DNA of 64,000 nucleotides from Minisyncoccota bacterium (GTDB taxonomy: Bacteria > Patescibacteriota > Minisyncoccia > Phycocordibacterales > XYD1-FULL-46-19). The stretch lies in the NCBI GenBank assembly GCA_041657405.1, contig JBBABX010000002.1, positions 108,915-172,914 of the forward strand, written 5' to 3'. This document shows positions 9,779 through 19,004 of this stretch, piece by piece. The notes under the pieces are model-generated. The model did no database searches and was not told the DNA's origin. It worked only from the letters and a program-made list of their open reading frames with translations. The position numbers and the translations under genes were made by a program. Numbering within the stretch: position 1 is the first letter of the stretch; each line of letters starts with the position of its first letter.

Positions 9779-11041
9779 TTATTTTATGATATCTTTGCCA
9801 AGATAAGGTCTTAATGCTTCCGGCACAACAACAGAACCATCAGCTTGTTGAAAATTTTCGATAAGAGGAACTAAAATTCGCGGTGAGGCAACTAATGTGC
9901 CATTTAACGAATGAACAAAGCGAAGCCTTCCTTCAGTATCACGATAACGAGTATTTAAACGACGAGCTTGAAAATCATGAAAATAAGAAATGGAATGAGT
10001 TTCACGAAATTTACCTTCAGACGGCACCCAAGCTTCAATATCATATTTTTTTACTTGACCCTGCCCCAAATCACCAGCGCAATTTATAACAACTCGATAA
10101 GGAATTTTCAAACTTTGCATGAATCGTTCTGCGTTAGCTAATAATTTTTCGTGCCAATTAACACTCTCTTGATGATTGGCTTCACAAAGAATTACTTGTT
10201 CAACTTTATAAAATTCATGGACCCTGATCAAGCCTTGGGTATCCTTACCATGACTGCCAGCTTCCCGACGATAACAGGGAGAAAAAACAATGAATTTATA
10301 AGGCAAACGATCAAGAGGCACAATTTCATCAAAATAATATCCCATTGTAGGAACTTCGGCCGTTCCGGCAAGATAATCATTATCTTGTGTTTTGTATAAA
10401 TCTTCTTCGCCGTCAGGCAAATAACCAGTTCCCATAAAATTTTCTGGGCGATCTAAAACAGGGGGTAATAATGACGTAAAACCATCCTCTAAGGCCAGTT
10501 TCATCGCATGTTGCCAAATCGCAAACGATAATAAGACAGCCTCATTTTTTAAAAAATAACCGCGAAAACCCGAAACCTTTATGCCTCGTTCAAAATCCAC
10601 CAACTTTAAATCAGTCATCAATTCTATGTGACCCTTGGGAATAAAATCAAACTTCGAACGATCACCCCAAATTTTTATTTCTTGATTCTCGCTATCATCT
10701 TTTCCTTCGGGAACAGAAGAATCCGGAATGTTAGGCACTTTAAGTAATAAATTTTTCCAAGTTTCCATTACTTGTTTTAATTCTTCTTCTTTCTTCTCAC
10801 GTGAATTTTTTACCTCCTTCATTTGTTCAATTAAATTGTCACGTTCCGTTTCGTCTTGGATTTGAGAAATTTTACTGCTGGCCTCATTCTGACACGCACG
10901 CAAATTATCAACTTCGCTTGTCAATTTAATCCTTTGTTCATCGGCTTCCAACAAAGCTTCCACATTAAAATCAGACTTTTTTTTGCGGACGGCCTCTTTA
11001 ATAACTTCTTTATTTTCCCGAATAAATTTTATATCTAGCAT
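9779..11041 (-). CDS. serS: seryl-tRNA synthetase
   Basis: MLDIKFIREN start, N-terminal coiled coil, class II motifs (FRRE, GLIRVHEFxKVE, GDLG). Confidence 0.9.
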   Translation of the reverse strand: MLDIKFIRENKEVIKEAVRKKKSDFNVEALLEADEQRIKLTSEVDNLRACQNEASSKISQIQDETERDNLIEQMKEVKNSREKKEEELKQVMETWKNLLLKVPNIPDSSVPEGKDDSENQEIKIWGDRSKFDFIPKGHIELMTDLKLVDFERGIKVSGFRGYFLKNEAVLLSFAIWQHAMKLALEDGFTSLLPPVLDRPENFMGTGYLPDGEEDLYKTQDNDYLAGTAEVPTMGYYFDEIVPLDRLPYKFIVFSPCYRREAGSHGKDTQGLIRVHEFYKVEQVILCEANHQESVNWHEKLLANAERFMQSLKIPYRVVINCAGDLGQGQVKKYDIEAWVPSEGKFRETHSISYFHDFQARRLNTRYRDTEGRLRFVHSLNGTLVASPRILVPLIENFQQADGSVVVPEALRPYLGKDIIK

Positions 11042-11252
11042 AAAATAATATTAACAAATAGAAACCAAAAAACAAAGGGGAGAAAATAAATACAAAAAAC
11101 TTTGCAAAACAAGAATTTAAACGTTCCACTATCCGCTTGGAATGTTTATTTTTAAGATTTAAGCCGAGACTTTTTTAAAAAATTATCAAAAGGGAACAAT
11201 ATCCACGTTTTAATAGCCAGACAGTCATAAAAAATTTGTTAAAATACAAATA

Positions 11253-12125
11253 ATGGATTGGGTAATCAAAAAAATAATTGGGCAAGAAATACCACCCATT
11301 TTAAAAGAAATCCCTCAACCACCTAAATTTTTATATTCGGTGGGACAATTGCCCGATTGGCAAAAAGAAATTCTACTGTGCGTTGTTGGTTCACGCAAAT
11401 ATTCCGCTTATGGTCATGATGCCATAGAAAAAATAATTTTAGGTTTAACTGGTTATCCAATAACTATAGTTTCTGGTTTAGCATTAGGGATAGACACTTT
11501 GGCGCATCAATTTGCTCTTAGTGCCGGACTCAAAACTCTCGCTTGGCCCGGCTCTGGATTAAACCCAAAGGTTATTTACCCCTCAACCAATTATCGTTTG
11601 GCAGAAAAAATTCTTATTGAAGGCGGTTGTTTATTATCAGAATACGAGCCAAATCAACCAGCCACACTTTATACTTTTCCACGTCGCAATCGTTTGATGG
11701 CAGGGCTAGCCAAAGCTACTTTAATTATTGAAGCCGGAGCCAAGTCTGGCACCCTAATTACCGCTCGTTTAGCAACTGAATACAATCGTGATGTTTTGGC
11801 TGTACCTGGTTCAATTTTTTCACCAAATTCTTACGGTTCCAATTGGTTAATTAAACAAGGAGCTATCCCAGTCACCTCAGCAGATGATGTTTTGGGTGTC
11901 CTAGGTTTACCATCAACCAAATCTCAAATTACTAACCACGATTTTAATGAACTCTCGCCGGAAGAAAAAATAATTATTAAACTTTTGCAAGTTGAACCAC
12001 TAAACAAAGAAACTTTAATTCGCAAATCTGGTCTAAAATCAACTCAAGCCAACATTGCTCTATCAATAATGGAAATCAAAGGCTTAATCAAAGAAACAAT
12101 AGGAGAAATTCATTTGGCAATTTAG
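11253..12125 (+). CDS. dprA: DNA processing protein DprA/Smf
   Basis: VVGSRKYSAYG, GLALGID and IIEAGAKSGTLITARLATEYNRDVLAVPGSIFSPNSYGSNWLIKQGA Rossmann core, plus a C-terminal wH. Confidence 0.85.
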   Translation: MDWVIKKIIGQEIPPILKEIPQPPKFLYSVGQLPDWQKEILLCVVGSRKYSAYGHDAIEKIILGLTGYPITIVSGLALGIDTLAHQFALSAGLKTLAWPGSGLNPKVIYPSTNYRLAEKILIEGGCLLSEYEPNQPATLYTFPRRNRLMAGLAKATLIIEAGAKSGTLITARLATEYNRDVLAVPGSIFSPNSYGSNWLIKQGAIPVTSADDVLGVLGLPSTKSQITNHDFNELSPEEKIIIKLLQVEPLNKETLIRKSGLKSTQANIALSIMEIKGLIKETIGEIHLAI

Positions 12126-12192
12126 ACAAGACTTGTGTTAAAAATATTTTTAATTTTTTAACTAAGTTAAACATCAGAGGCCTAAATTAAAT

Positions 12193-12221
12193 TTGACAAA
12201 ACATTACAAAATGCATAATAC
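12193..12221 (+). promoter_or_regulatory. putative sigma70 promoter upstream of topA
   Basis: TTGACA at 12193-12198; 17-nt spacer; TAATAC (or TG-extended CATAAT). About 30 nt upstream of the topA ATG. Confidence 0.35.
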
Positions 12222-12251
12222 TTGCTAAACTGTTAAATAAATTTTATTAAT

Positions 12252-14429
12252 ATGAAATTATTAATTGTTGAATCACCGGCTAAGGCCAAAACTATCAGTA
12301 AGTATCTGGACAATGCTTACACCGTCAAGGCAAGTGTCGGTCATATTCGAGACTTACCAAAATCAAATAAAAACGCGATTGATATAGACAAAGGTTTTGC
12401 CCCCAACTATGTCGTTTCGCCTGGAAAAGAAAAAGTAGTTGCTGATTTAAAAAAACTAGCCAAGAAGGCGGATGAAGTAGTCCTTGCAACTGACCCCGAC
12501 CGTGAAGGCGAGGCTATTGCTTGGCACCTCAAAGAAACTATCCATCTAAAAGATCCTAAACGTATTGTTTTCCACGAAATTACTAAAGAGGCTGTTCAAG
12601 AAGCGATTAAACATCCGAGAAAAATAGATGAGGATTTACGTTTAGCCCAAGAGGCGCGTCGCGTGCTTGACCGCTTATTTGGTTATGATTTATCAGCTCT
12701 AATCTGGCAAAAAGTCCGTTACGGCTTATCTGCTGGTCGGGTACAGTCACCCGCTTTGCGTATCTTGGTTGAACGTGAAAAAGAAATCCGAGCTTTCTCA
12801 CCAGAAAAATTCTGGATTATCATGGCAAATTTTAAAACTAAAAACAGTCAACTGTTACCTTTCAAATGCAGCGAAGAACCAAAAACAGCTGAGCAAGCAG
12901 AAAAAATTGTCAGCGCTGCCCAAAAAGAAAAATGGCAGATTGCTAAAATAGATGAAACAGAAACCAAACGTTCCGCGCGCGCACCTTTTACAACTTCCAC
13001 TCTCCAACAAACCGCCTCGTCACGGCTTGGTTACGCTCCAAGCGTTACTATGCGTTTGGCCCAAAAACTTTATGAAGCCGGACATATCACTTACATGCGC
13101 ACTGATAGCACAAACTTGAGCAAGACTGCTCTCGGTGAAATAATAAATGTTGTAGAAAAAGACTTTGGACAAAACTATGTTTCGCCGCGAAATTACAAAA
13201 CAAAAAGCAAAAACGCCCAAGAAGCCCACGAGGCTATCCGTCCCACTCATGCAAACACAAAATTGATTGGCGCCAACCCTCAAGAAAAAAAATTATATCA
13301 GTTGATTTGGCAAAGAGCTGTTTCCAGTCAAATGGCTGATGCTAAAATTTTACGCACCAAAGTTATCGCCGAAAGCGACAACAAAAAAATTCCAGTCTTT
13401 GAAACCAATGGTTCGCGAATTGTTTTTGACGGCTGGCTCAAGGCCGACCCGACCGCGCGCGGTGAAGAAATTGAATTACCCAAAATGACTGCCAAAGAAC
13501 CTCTTTCATTAAAAAATATTTCAGCCGAAGGTAAGGAAACCCAACCCCCTCATCGTTATACTGAAGCTGGTTTGGTCAAGGAATTGGAAAAACGCGGCAT
13601 TGGTCGGCCAAGCACTTACGCCGCTATTATCAAAACTATTCAAGACCGCGGTTATGTAATAAAAGAAAATAAAGCCCTTCGTCCGACAGACACCGGCGAA
13701 GTGGTTAGTGATTTTTTGAGCAAACATTTTGAACAATATATTAGTGACACTTTCACCGCTGAAATGGAAAATAAACTTGATGATATTGCTGATGGCAAAC
13801 GTAACTATATCAAGACCTTGAGAGATTTTTATGACCCATTTACTAAAGAGATTGTTAGTAAAAAGAAAATTGATAAAATCACTAATCTTGGCGCGGCCCC
13901 AAGCGAAATCAAATGTCCAATTTGCGGTAGTCCAATGATCATCAAACTGGCTAAAAACGGCCGCTTTTACAGTTGTGCAAAATTTCCTAAATGCACTGGA
14001 GCTCTGACCCTGGAAGGCAAAGAATTGGCTGGACCCAAAGAAACTGGCGAAAAATGTCCGGAATGTGATAGTCCACTAGTGGAACGTGACGGCCGTTTTG
14101 GTCGTTTTGTTGCCTGTTCCAATTACCCGAAATGTCGTTACATCAAAAAAGACGCTGTATTAGAAAACGGTGAGAAGCCGGGCGATACCGGTGTCCGATG
14201 TCCAATTTGTCAAATTGGAACAATGACTGAAAAACGCGGACGTTTTGGAGTTTTTTATGGCTGCTCAAATTACCCCAAATGTAAAAATATTATCAAGTCT
14301 AAACCAACTGGCGAAATTTGCCCAATATGCGGTTCTTTGATGATGGAAGGAACTAAGACCATTCCTGACCGATGCAGTAATAAAACCTGTCCAAATCACA
14401 ACCCTCACAAATTAAAGAAGGATAAATAA
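12252..14429 (+). CDS. topA: DNA topoisomerase I with C-terminal zinc ribbons
   Basis: Toprim MKLLIVESPAKAKTI; active-site region; multiple CxxC...CxxC zinc-ribbon repeats at the C-terminus. Confidence 0.9.
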   Translation: MKLLIVESPAKAKTISKYLDNAYTVKASVGHIRDLPKSNKNAIDIDKGFAPNYVVSPGKEKVVADLKKLAKKADEVVLATDPDREGEAIAWHLKETIHLKDPKRIVFHEITKEAVQEAIKHPRKIDEDLRLAQEARRVLDRLFGYDLSALIWQKVRYGLSAGRVQSPALRILVEREKEIRAFSPEKFWIIMANFKTKNSQLLPFKCSEEPKTAEQAEKIVSAAQKEKWQIAKIDETETKRSARAPFTTSTLQQTASSRLGYAPSVTMRLAQKLYEAGHITYMRTDSTNLSKTALGEIINVVEKDFGQNYVSPRNYKTKSKNAQEAHEAIRPTHANTKLIGANPQEKKLYQLIWQRAVSSQMADAKILRTKVIAESDNKKIPVFETNGSRIVFDGWLKADPTARGEEIELPKMTAKEPLSLKNISAEGKETQPPHRYTEAGLVKELEKRGIGRPSTYAAIIKTIQDRGYVIKENKALRPTDTGEVVSDFLSKHFEQYISDTFTAEMENKLDDIADGKRNYIKTLRDFYDPFTKEIVSKKKIDKITNLGAAPSEIKCPICGSPMIIKLAKNGRFYSCAKFPKCTGALTLEGKELAGPKETGEKCPECDSPLVERDGRFGRFVACSNYPKCRYIKKDAVLENGEKPGDTGVRCPICQIGTMTEKRGRFGVFYGCSNYPKCKNIIKSKPTGEICPICGSLMMEGTKTIPDRCSNKTCPNHNPHKLKKDK

Positions 14430-14476
14430 AAATATGTTCTTTTGTCTAAGCCCAAACTCGTGCTAGAATCTTTTTT

Positions 14477-15937
14477 ATGGATGCAGAGGAAATTTTCAAT
14501 TTAATGAAAAATCCTTCATCGTCTGATAAAGACTTGATAAACAAGGCTTTATCCTTTGCAGAACATGCTCATGAAGGTCAAAAACGTTATTCCGGTGAAC
14601 CTTTTATTATTCACCCTTTTAATGTTGCTCTCTTGTTAGCTGAATTCAAAGCCGACGCGGAAACAATCGCTGCCGGTCTTTTACATGATACGGTAGAAGA
14701 CACCAATATCAGCGCTAATGATTTAAAAAAAGAATTTGGACCAGCTATCGCCTTTTTGGTTGAAGGAGTAACAAAATTGGGCAAATTAAAATACCAAGGA
14801 GCCAAGCGTCATAGTGAGAGCTTACGTAAATTATTTGTTGCGATGGCTGAAGATATAAGAGTTATTATGATTCGCCTAGCTGATCGACTCCACAATGTTC
14901 GCACCCTGCAATATGTTCCCGAGGACAAACAAAAAAGAATTGCCTTAGAAACTCTAGAGCTTTACGCGCCATTAGCCAATCGACTTGGTGTTTGGAAAAT
15001 GAAGGGCCGCCTGGAAGACGCCAGTTTTCCTTATGCTTATCCAGAAGATTATCAAAAAGTAGTTGAGCTTAGAAAATCAAAAGGTAAAGAAACTGTAAAA
15101 CGATTACAAAAAATCTACCGTGTCTTACAAAAAGCGATTGCCGAAAGGAGAATTAAAGATTTTGAAATTGATTATCGTATCAAATATCTTTACAGTCTAT
15201 ACACCAAACTCTTGCGAAAAAATATGAATATTGATGAAATCTATGATATTTCCGCATTACGAGTAATTGTTGAAACGGTTGAAGAATGTTATCAAGTGCT
15301 TGGCATTGTTCACAATCTTTGGCGTCCAGTAACTGGAAGATTAAAGGATTATATCGCCAATCCCAAGCCCAATGGTTACCAAAGTATCCATACCACTGTT
15401 CTTATTGGTGATGGCACAATCGTAGAAATCCAAATTCGCACTGAACAAATGCAACACGAAGCTGAATATGGGATTGCTTCGCATATCGCCTATGATGAAA
15501 AAACTAAAAAAATAAAAACAGCTCAGGTTCCTAAAAATATTGAGTGGATTCAAGATTTGATCAACTGGCAAAAAGAAGTAAAAGATAACCAAAAAAATAA
15601 ATTTATCAAAGAGTTGCGAAATAATTTTTTTCATGACCGAATTTTTGTTTTTACGCCAAAAGGCGAGGTGATAGAATTGCCAGACAAAGCCTCACCTCTT
15701 GACTTTGCTTACGCTATCCATTCAGACATTGGACATCATGCTTCTGGTGCCAAAATTAACGGCAAAATGAGTGCCTTAAACGCTTCTCTAACCGATGGTG
15801 ATTTGGTAGAAATTTTAACCAGCAAAAATAGCGAGCCACGAACCAAATGGCTTAATTTCGTCAAAACAACCGACGCTAAAAGACATATCCGTAGTTATCT
15901 ACATCTTAAACAACAAAAAGAAAAAGGGTTAAATTAA
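14477..15937 (+). CDS. short-form RelA/SpoT (p)ppGpp synthetase/hydrolase (HD + synthetase + TGS; no ACT)
   Basis: HD motif HxxxxLHDTVEDT; synthetase RVIVETVEECYQVLGIVHNLWRP...DYIANPKPNGYQSIHTTV; TGS-like end. Only 486 aa. Confidence 0.85.
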   Translation: MDAEEIFNLMKNPSSSDKDLINKALSFAEHAHEGQKRYSGEPFIIHPFNVALLLAEFKADAETIAAGLLHDTVEDTNISANDLKKEFGPAIAFLVEGVTKLGKLKYQGAKRHSESLRKLFVAMAEDIRVIMIRLADRLHNVRTLQYVPEDKQKRIALETLELYAPLANRLGVWKMKGRLEDASFPYAYPEDYQKVVELRKSKGKETVKRLQKIYRVLQKAIAERRIKDFEIDYRIKYLYSLYTKLLRKNMNIDEIYDISALRVIVETVEECYQVLGIVHNLWRPVTGRLKDYIANPKPNGYQSIHTTVLIGDGTIVEIQIRTEQMQHEAEYGIASHIAYDEKTKKIKTAQVPKNIEWIQDLINWQKEVKDNQKNKFIKELRNNFFHDRIFVFTPKGEVIELPDKASPLDFAYAIHSDIGHHASGAKINGKMSALNASLTDGDLVEILTSKNSEPRTKWLNFVKTTDAKRHIRSYLHLKQQKEKGLN

Positions 15938-16926
15938 ACAGAAAAATTTTTGATAAAATAAAGATTTTCCTCATCATCTTTAGATTCTCGATTATCTAAA
16001 TTTTTTTCTTTTACGTTTTCAGTATCAATCTCAAATTCTTCTTTAACTACTTGTTCTTGACTATTTATCTCGTCTTTAACCTCTAAAATTGACTGGGGTT
16101 TAACCTCGCTCATCATTCTAAGAATTCGCTTTAAATCGTCTTCAGATGACCAGTCAATCATCACCCGTCCCCCCTTCTCTTTTTTCTCAACTTTCACACG
16201 ATTACCATATTTTTCTGACAATTTTTCTTCCAATTCTAAAATCTCTGGTTCAACCAAAGTTTCAATCTTGCGAATTTTATCAAAAGCGATTCTTCTCGCG
16301 ATATTCTCTGTATCACGAACGTTAAGACGTTTGAAAATAATTTCTTTAAAAATAGTTATCTGTTCTTGGGGTCGATCAGTCAACATCAATAACGGTCTAG
16401 TATGACCTTCGCTGATCTTGCCAGATGCCAAGGCATCTAACATTTCTTGAGGCAAATTGAGAATGCGAATTGTATTAGACACATACTCACGACTACGACC
16501 TATCCTCTTGGCTACTTCAATGTGAGTTAAATTAAATTCCTTAATAAGTCTGAAAAAGGCTTGGGCTCTTTCAATCGGGTTAAGATCTTCTCGTTGCAAA
16601 TTTTCAATAATCGCCATCTCTAACTTTTCTTTGTCAGATTGATCACCTGTTCTAATAACCGCCGGAACTTGTTTTAATCCAGCTAATTGTGATGCTCGCC
16701 AACGTCGTTCGCCAGCAATTAATTCGTATTCAGAAAAAAGACTGCCATCTTCACGTTCCACTTCTTTTCGTGTTACCACCAAGGGTTGCAACACTCCATA
16801 TTGGCGAATAGAATCAGCCAAATCGCGCAAACGTTCATTATTGAATTCTTGTCTCGGTTGAAATGGGTTTGGTCTTATTTTTTCAACTTCAATCAAGAAA
16901 ATTTTATCTTCGTAGTTTCCAGGCAT
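15934..16926 (-). CDS. parB: chromosome partitioning protein ParB/Spo0J
   Basis: ParB box IEVEKIRPNPFQPR, GVLQPLVV and YELIAGERRWRAS, then an HTH. Acidic C-terminal tail. Confidence 0.8.
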   Translation of the reverse strand: MPGNYEDKIFLIEVEKIRPNPFQPRQEFNNERLRDLADSIRQYGVLQPLVVTRKEVEREDGSLFSEYELIAGERRWRASQLAGLKQVPAVIRTGDQSDKEKLEMAIIENLQREDLNPIERAQAFFRLIKEFNLTHIEVAKRIGRSREYVSNTIRILNLPQEMLDALASGKISEGHTRPLLMLTDRPQEQITIFKEIIFKRLNVRDTENIARRIAFDKIRKIETLVEPEILELEEKLSEKYGNRVKVEKKEKGGRVMIDWSSEDDLKRILRMMSEVKPQSILEVKDEINSQEQVVKEEFEIDTENVKEKNLDNRESKDDEENLYFIKNFSV

Positions 16927-16983
16927 ATTCTTATTTTAACATAAATTGATTTTTAGGAAAATTAGGGTAAAATAAAATAGCTA

Positions 16984-17065
16984 GCCGCTGTGGTGGAATT
17001 GGCAGACACGCACGACTCAAAATCGTGTGCCTCACGGCATGTCGGTTCGACTCCGACCAGCGGCA
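16984..17065 (+). tRNA. tRNA-Leu(CAA)
   Basis: Hand-folded cloverleaf: acceptor GCCGCTG/CAGCGGC, anticodon stem CACGA/TCGTG with loop CTCAAAA, long variable arm, T-loop GGTTCGACTCC. Confidence 0.85.
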
Positions 17066-17098
17066 CCGAAAAATTTTCGCATACCCCACTAATTAAGA

Positions 17099-18061
17099 GT
17101 GTCTAAACTTACAGAAAAACCAAACGTCATTGTCATTCTCGGCCCAACAGCTTCAGGAAAGACTGAATTGTCTATTAAATTGGCAAAAAAAATTAATGGG
17201 GAAATAATTTCAGCCGATTCAAGACAAGTTTACAAAGGCTTGAACCTTGGCACTGGCAAAGTAACAAAAAAGGAGATGGCTGGAATACCTCATCATCTGC
17301 TTGATATCATTAACCCTCAAAATAAGTTTTCTGTTAGTAAATACCAGAAACTAGCCAAGAGAAAAATCGCGGATATTTTAAAACGAAATAAAATACCAAT
17401 TATCGTTGGAGGGACCGGTTTTTATATTCAAGCCTTAGTTGATGATTTGGCTTTGCCAAAAGTGAAACCTGACAAAAAATTGCGTGCCAAATTAAAACAA
17501 AAAACAACAGCTGAGCTTTTTGCCATCCTCCAAAAACTTGACCCTAAGCGCGCCCAGACAATTGATAATAAAAATTCTGTCCGATTAATTCGCGCAATTG
17601 AAATAACTAAATCTCTGGGTCAAGTGCCAAAATTAAAAAAAACTAATTCCCATTTTAATTTTATCCAGATTGGTCTTCAGCCCAAACCCTCAAGGCTCCA
17701 AATAAAGATAAAAAAAAGACTCTCAAACAGGTTAAAACAAGGTTTAATAGCTGAAGCAAAAAAACTCCACCAAAACGGTCTAACTTGGAAAAGAATGGAA
17801 GAACTTGGCTTAGAATATCGTTATTTGGCTCGTTTTTTGCGTGACAAAATAAAAAAAGAACAAATGATCCAAGAATTAGAAACAGAAATCAATCATTACG
17901 CCAAAAAACAAATGACTTGGTTTAAACGAGATTCAAGAATCATTTGGTTTGACCCCGCAGACAAAAATCTCTTTAAAAAAACAATGGCTCTAATAAAAAG
18001 CGGGAGCTGGAGGAATCGAACCCCCAACGACGGTTTTGGAGACCGTAGTTATACCATTTAA
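17099..18061 (+). CDS. miaA: tRNA dimethylallyltransferase
   Basis: P-loop IVILGPTASGKTELSI, SADSRQVYKGLNLGTGK, GGTGFY. The last ~20 codons overlap the antisense of tRNA-Trp. Confidence 0.85.
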   Translation: MSKLTEKPNVIVILGPTASGKTELSIKLAKKINGEIISADSRQVYKGLNLGTGKVTKKEMAGIPHHLLDIINPQNKFSVSKYQKLAKRKIADILKRNKIPIIVGGTGFYIQALVDDLALPKVKPDKKLRAKLKQKTTAELFAILQKLDPKRAQTIDNKNSVRLIRAIEITKSLGQVPKLKKTNSHFNFIQIGLQPKPSRLQIKIKKRLSNRLKQGLIAEAKKLHQNGLTWKRMEELGLEYRYLARFLRDKIKKEQMIQELETEINHYAKKQMTWFKRDSRIIWFDPADKNLFKKTMALIKSGSWRNRTPNDGFGDRSYTI

Positions 18062-18071
18062 CTAAGCTCCC
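18001..18071 (-). tRNA. tRNA-Trp(CCA)
   Basis: Reverse complement folds: acceptor GGGAGCT/AGCTCCC, anticodon stem ACGGT/ACCGT with loop CTCCAAA, T-loop GGTTCGATTCC. Confidence 0.85.
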
Positions 18072-18121
18072 AATCTTTTCCACAGTCAAAAACTAGTTGA
18101 TATCATAACACAAAAGTTTTT

Positions 18122-18166
18122 TTAAAAAAAGAAAAAAATAAAAAGAAAAGCCCTCACCAGGAGGGC
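18122..18166 (-). terminator. rho-independent terminator after rpmG
   Basis: Hairpin GCCCTC-acca-GGAGGGC followed on the minus strand by a U-run (plus-strand AAAAAGAAAA). Confidence 0.45.
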
Positions 18167-18324
18167 TATTTCTTGATTTCAACGTGTTGCGTATGTTTTT
18201 TGCACCACTTGCAATATTTTTTCAAATCAATTTTTCGCTCAACTTTTTTCTTGTTTTTGCGACTATAATAATTAATTCGTTTGCAAGATTTGCAAGCTAA
18301 TTTGATAAGGGAATCTTGTGACAT
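18166..18324 (-). CDS. rpmG: 50S ribosomal protein L33 (missed by the >=60-aa ORF track)
   Basis: Reverse translation MSQDSLIKLACKSCKRINYYSRKNKKKVERKIDLKKYCKWCKKHTQHVEIKK. Two C-x2-C pairs and the NYxTxKNK signature of bL33. Confidence 0.8.
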   Translation of the reverse strand: MSQDSLIKLACKSCKRINYYSRKNKKKVERKIDLKKYCKWCKKHTQHVEIKK

Positions 18325-18454
18325 AATTAAATTAATCCGTCTAAATGACAGAGCTTAATTATTATAGCTCAAGTTACTATATTAAGCAACTTTTTATAGT
18401 TAGAAAATTGATATTCAAAAAAATAAATAATTAAACAACTCCTTATAGTGGTTC

Positions 18455-18484
18455 TTGACTTTTATATTATTTCTGTATTATAAT
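18455..18484 (+). promoter_or_regulatory. sigma70-like promoter
   Basis: TTGACT; 18-nt spacer; TATAAT. About 45 nt upstream of the 18531 ORF, whose RBS is GAGGAGAAGGAAAA. Confidence 0.5.
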
Positions 18485-18530
18485 ATAAAAAGATGTTAAG
18501 TCCCCAAACAAGAAGTGAGGAGAAGGAAAA

Positions 18531-18734
18531 ATGATGAAAAGAAAGATCCTGCAAGTCTTGAAGAAAAAAATCAAAGAACTTGAAAAGTTTTTGGAACAGG
18601 ATCGCCAAGACCTCAAGCATGAGGTTCATGAAATCATGATTCTCCTGGTCGAAGCCCGGAAGTGGATAGGTTCAGAAGAAATGCGAAAGCATCTTCAGAG
18701 ATTTGGAGCCCTTAATCACAGCAAGTCCTTTTAA
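18531..18734 (+). CDS. small hypothetical protein (67 aa, charged/helical)
   Basis: Strong RBS, consensus promoter upstream and a perfect terminator downstream. No recognisable domain. Confidence 0.45.
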   Translation: MMKRKILQVLKKKIKELEKFLEQDRQDLKHEVHEIMILLVEARKWIGSEEMRKHLQRFGALNHSKSF

Positions 18735-18740
18735 AAACCA

Positions 18741-18788
18741 AAGCTCTTCAAGTATATTTAAATATACTTGAAGAGCTTAATTTTTTGA
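18741..18788 (+). terminator. rho-independent terminator
   Basis: Perfect 19-bp inverted repeat AAGCTCTTCAAGTATATTT/AAATATACTTGAAGAGCTT followed by TTTTTTT. Confidence 0.7.
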
Positions 18789-18861
18789 ATTTATTTCTCA
18801 ATTTATTTGCAAAACGATTCCCCTCTCCCGCATACTTTCACATACGGGGACGTTTGTTTTG

Positions 18862-18944
18862 TGCGTAGGGAGGGATTCGAACCCCCGTAGGCCGAAGCCG
18901 CCTGATTTACAGTCAGGTGCGATTGACCACTCCGCCACCTACGC
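18862..18944 (-). tRNA. tRNA-Tyr(GTA)
   Basis: Reverse complement: acceptor GCGTAGG/CCTACGC, anticodon stem CCTGA/TCAGG with loop CTGTAAA, long variable arm, T-loop GGTTCGAATCC. Confidence 0.85.
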
Positions 18945-19004
18945 AATTAGGCTTATTTAAAACCTAATTTATCATAATATATCTAATGAGATCACGCAAA
19001 TTTT

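Noticed and set aside
11042-11250. T-box leader upstream of serS
   Set aside because: No AAnnnGGGTGGnACCGCG T-box core found on the minus strand; only a short TTCCA-N9-TGGAA inverted repeat.
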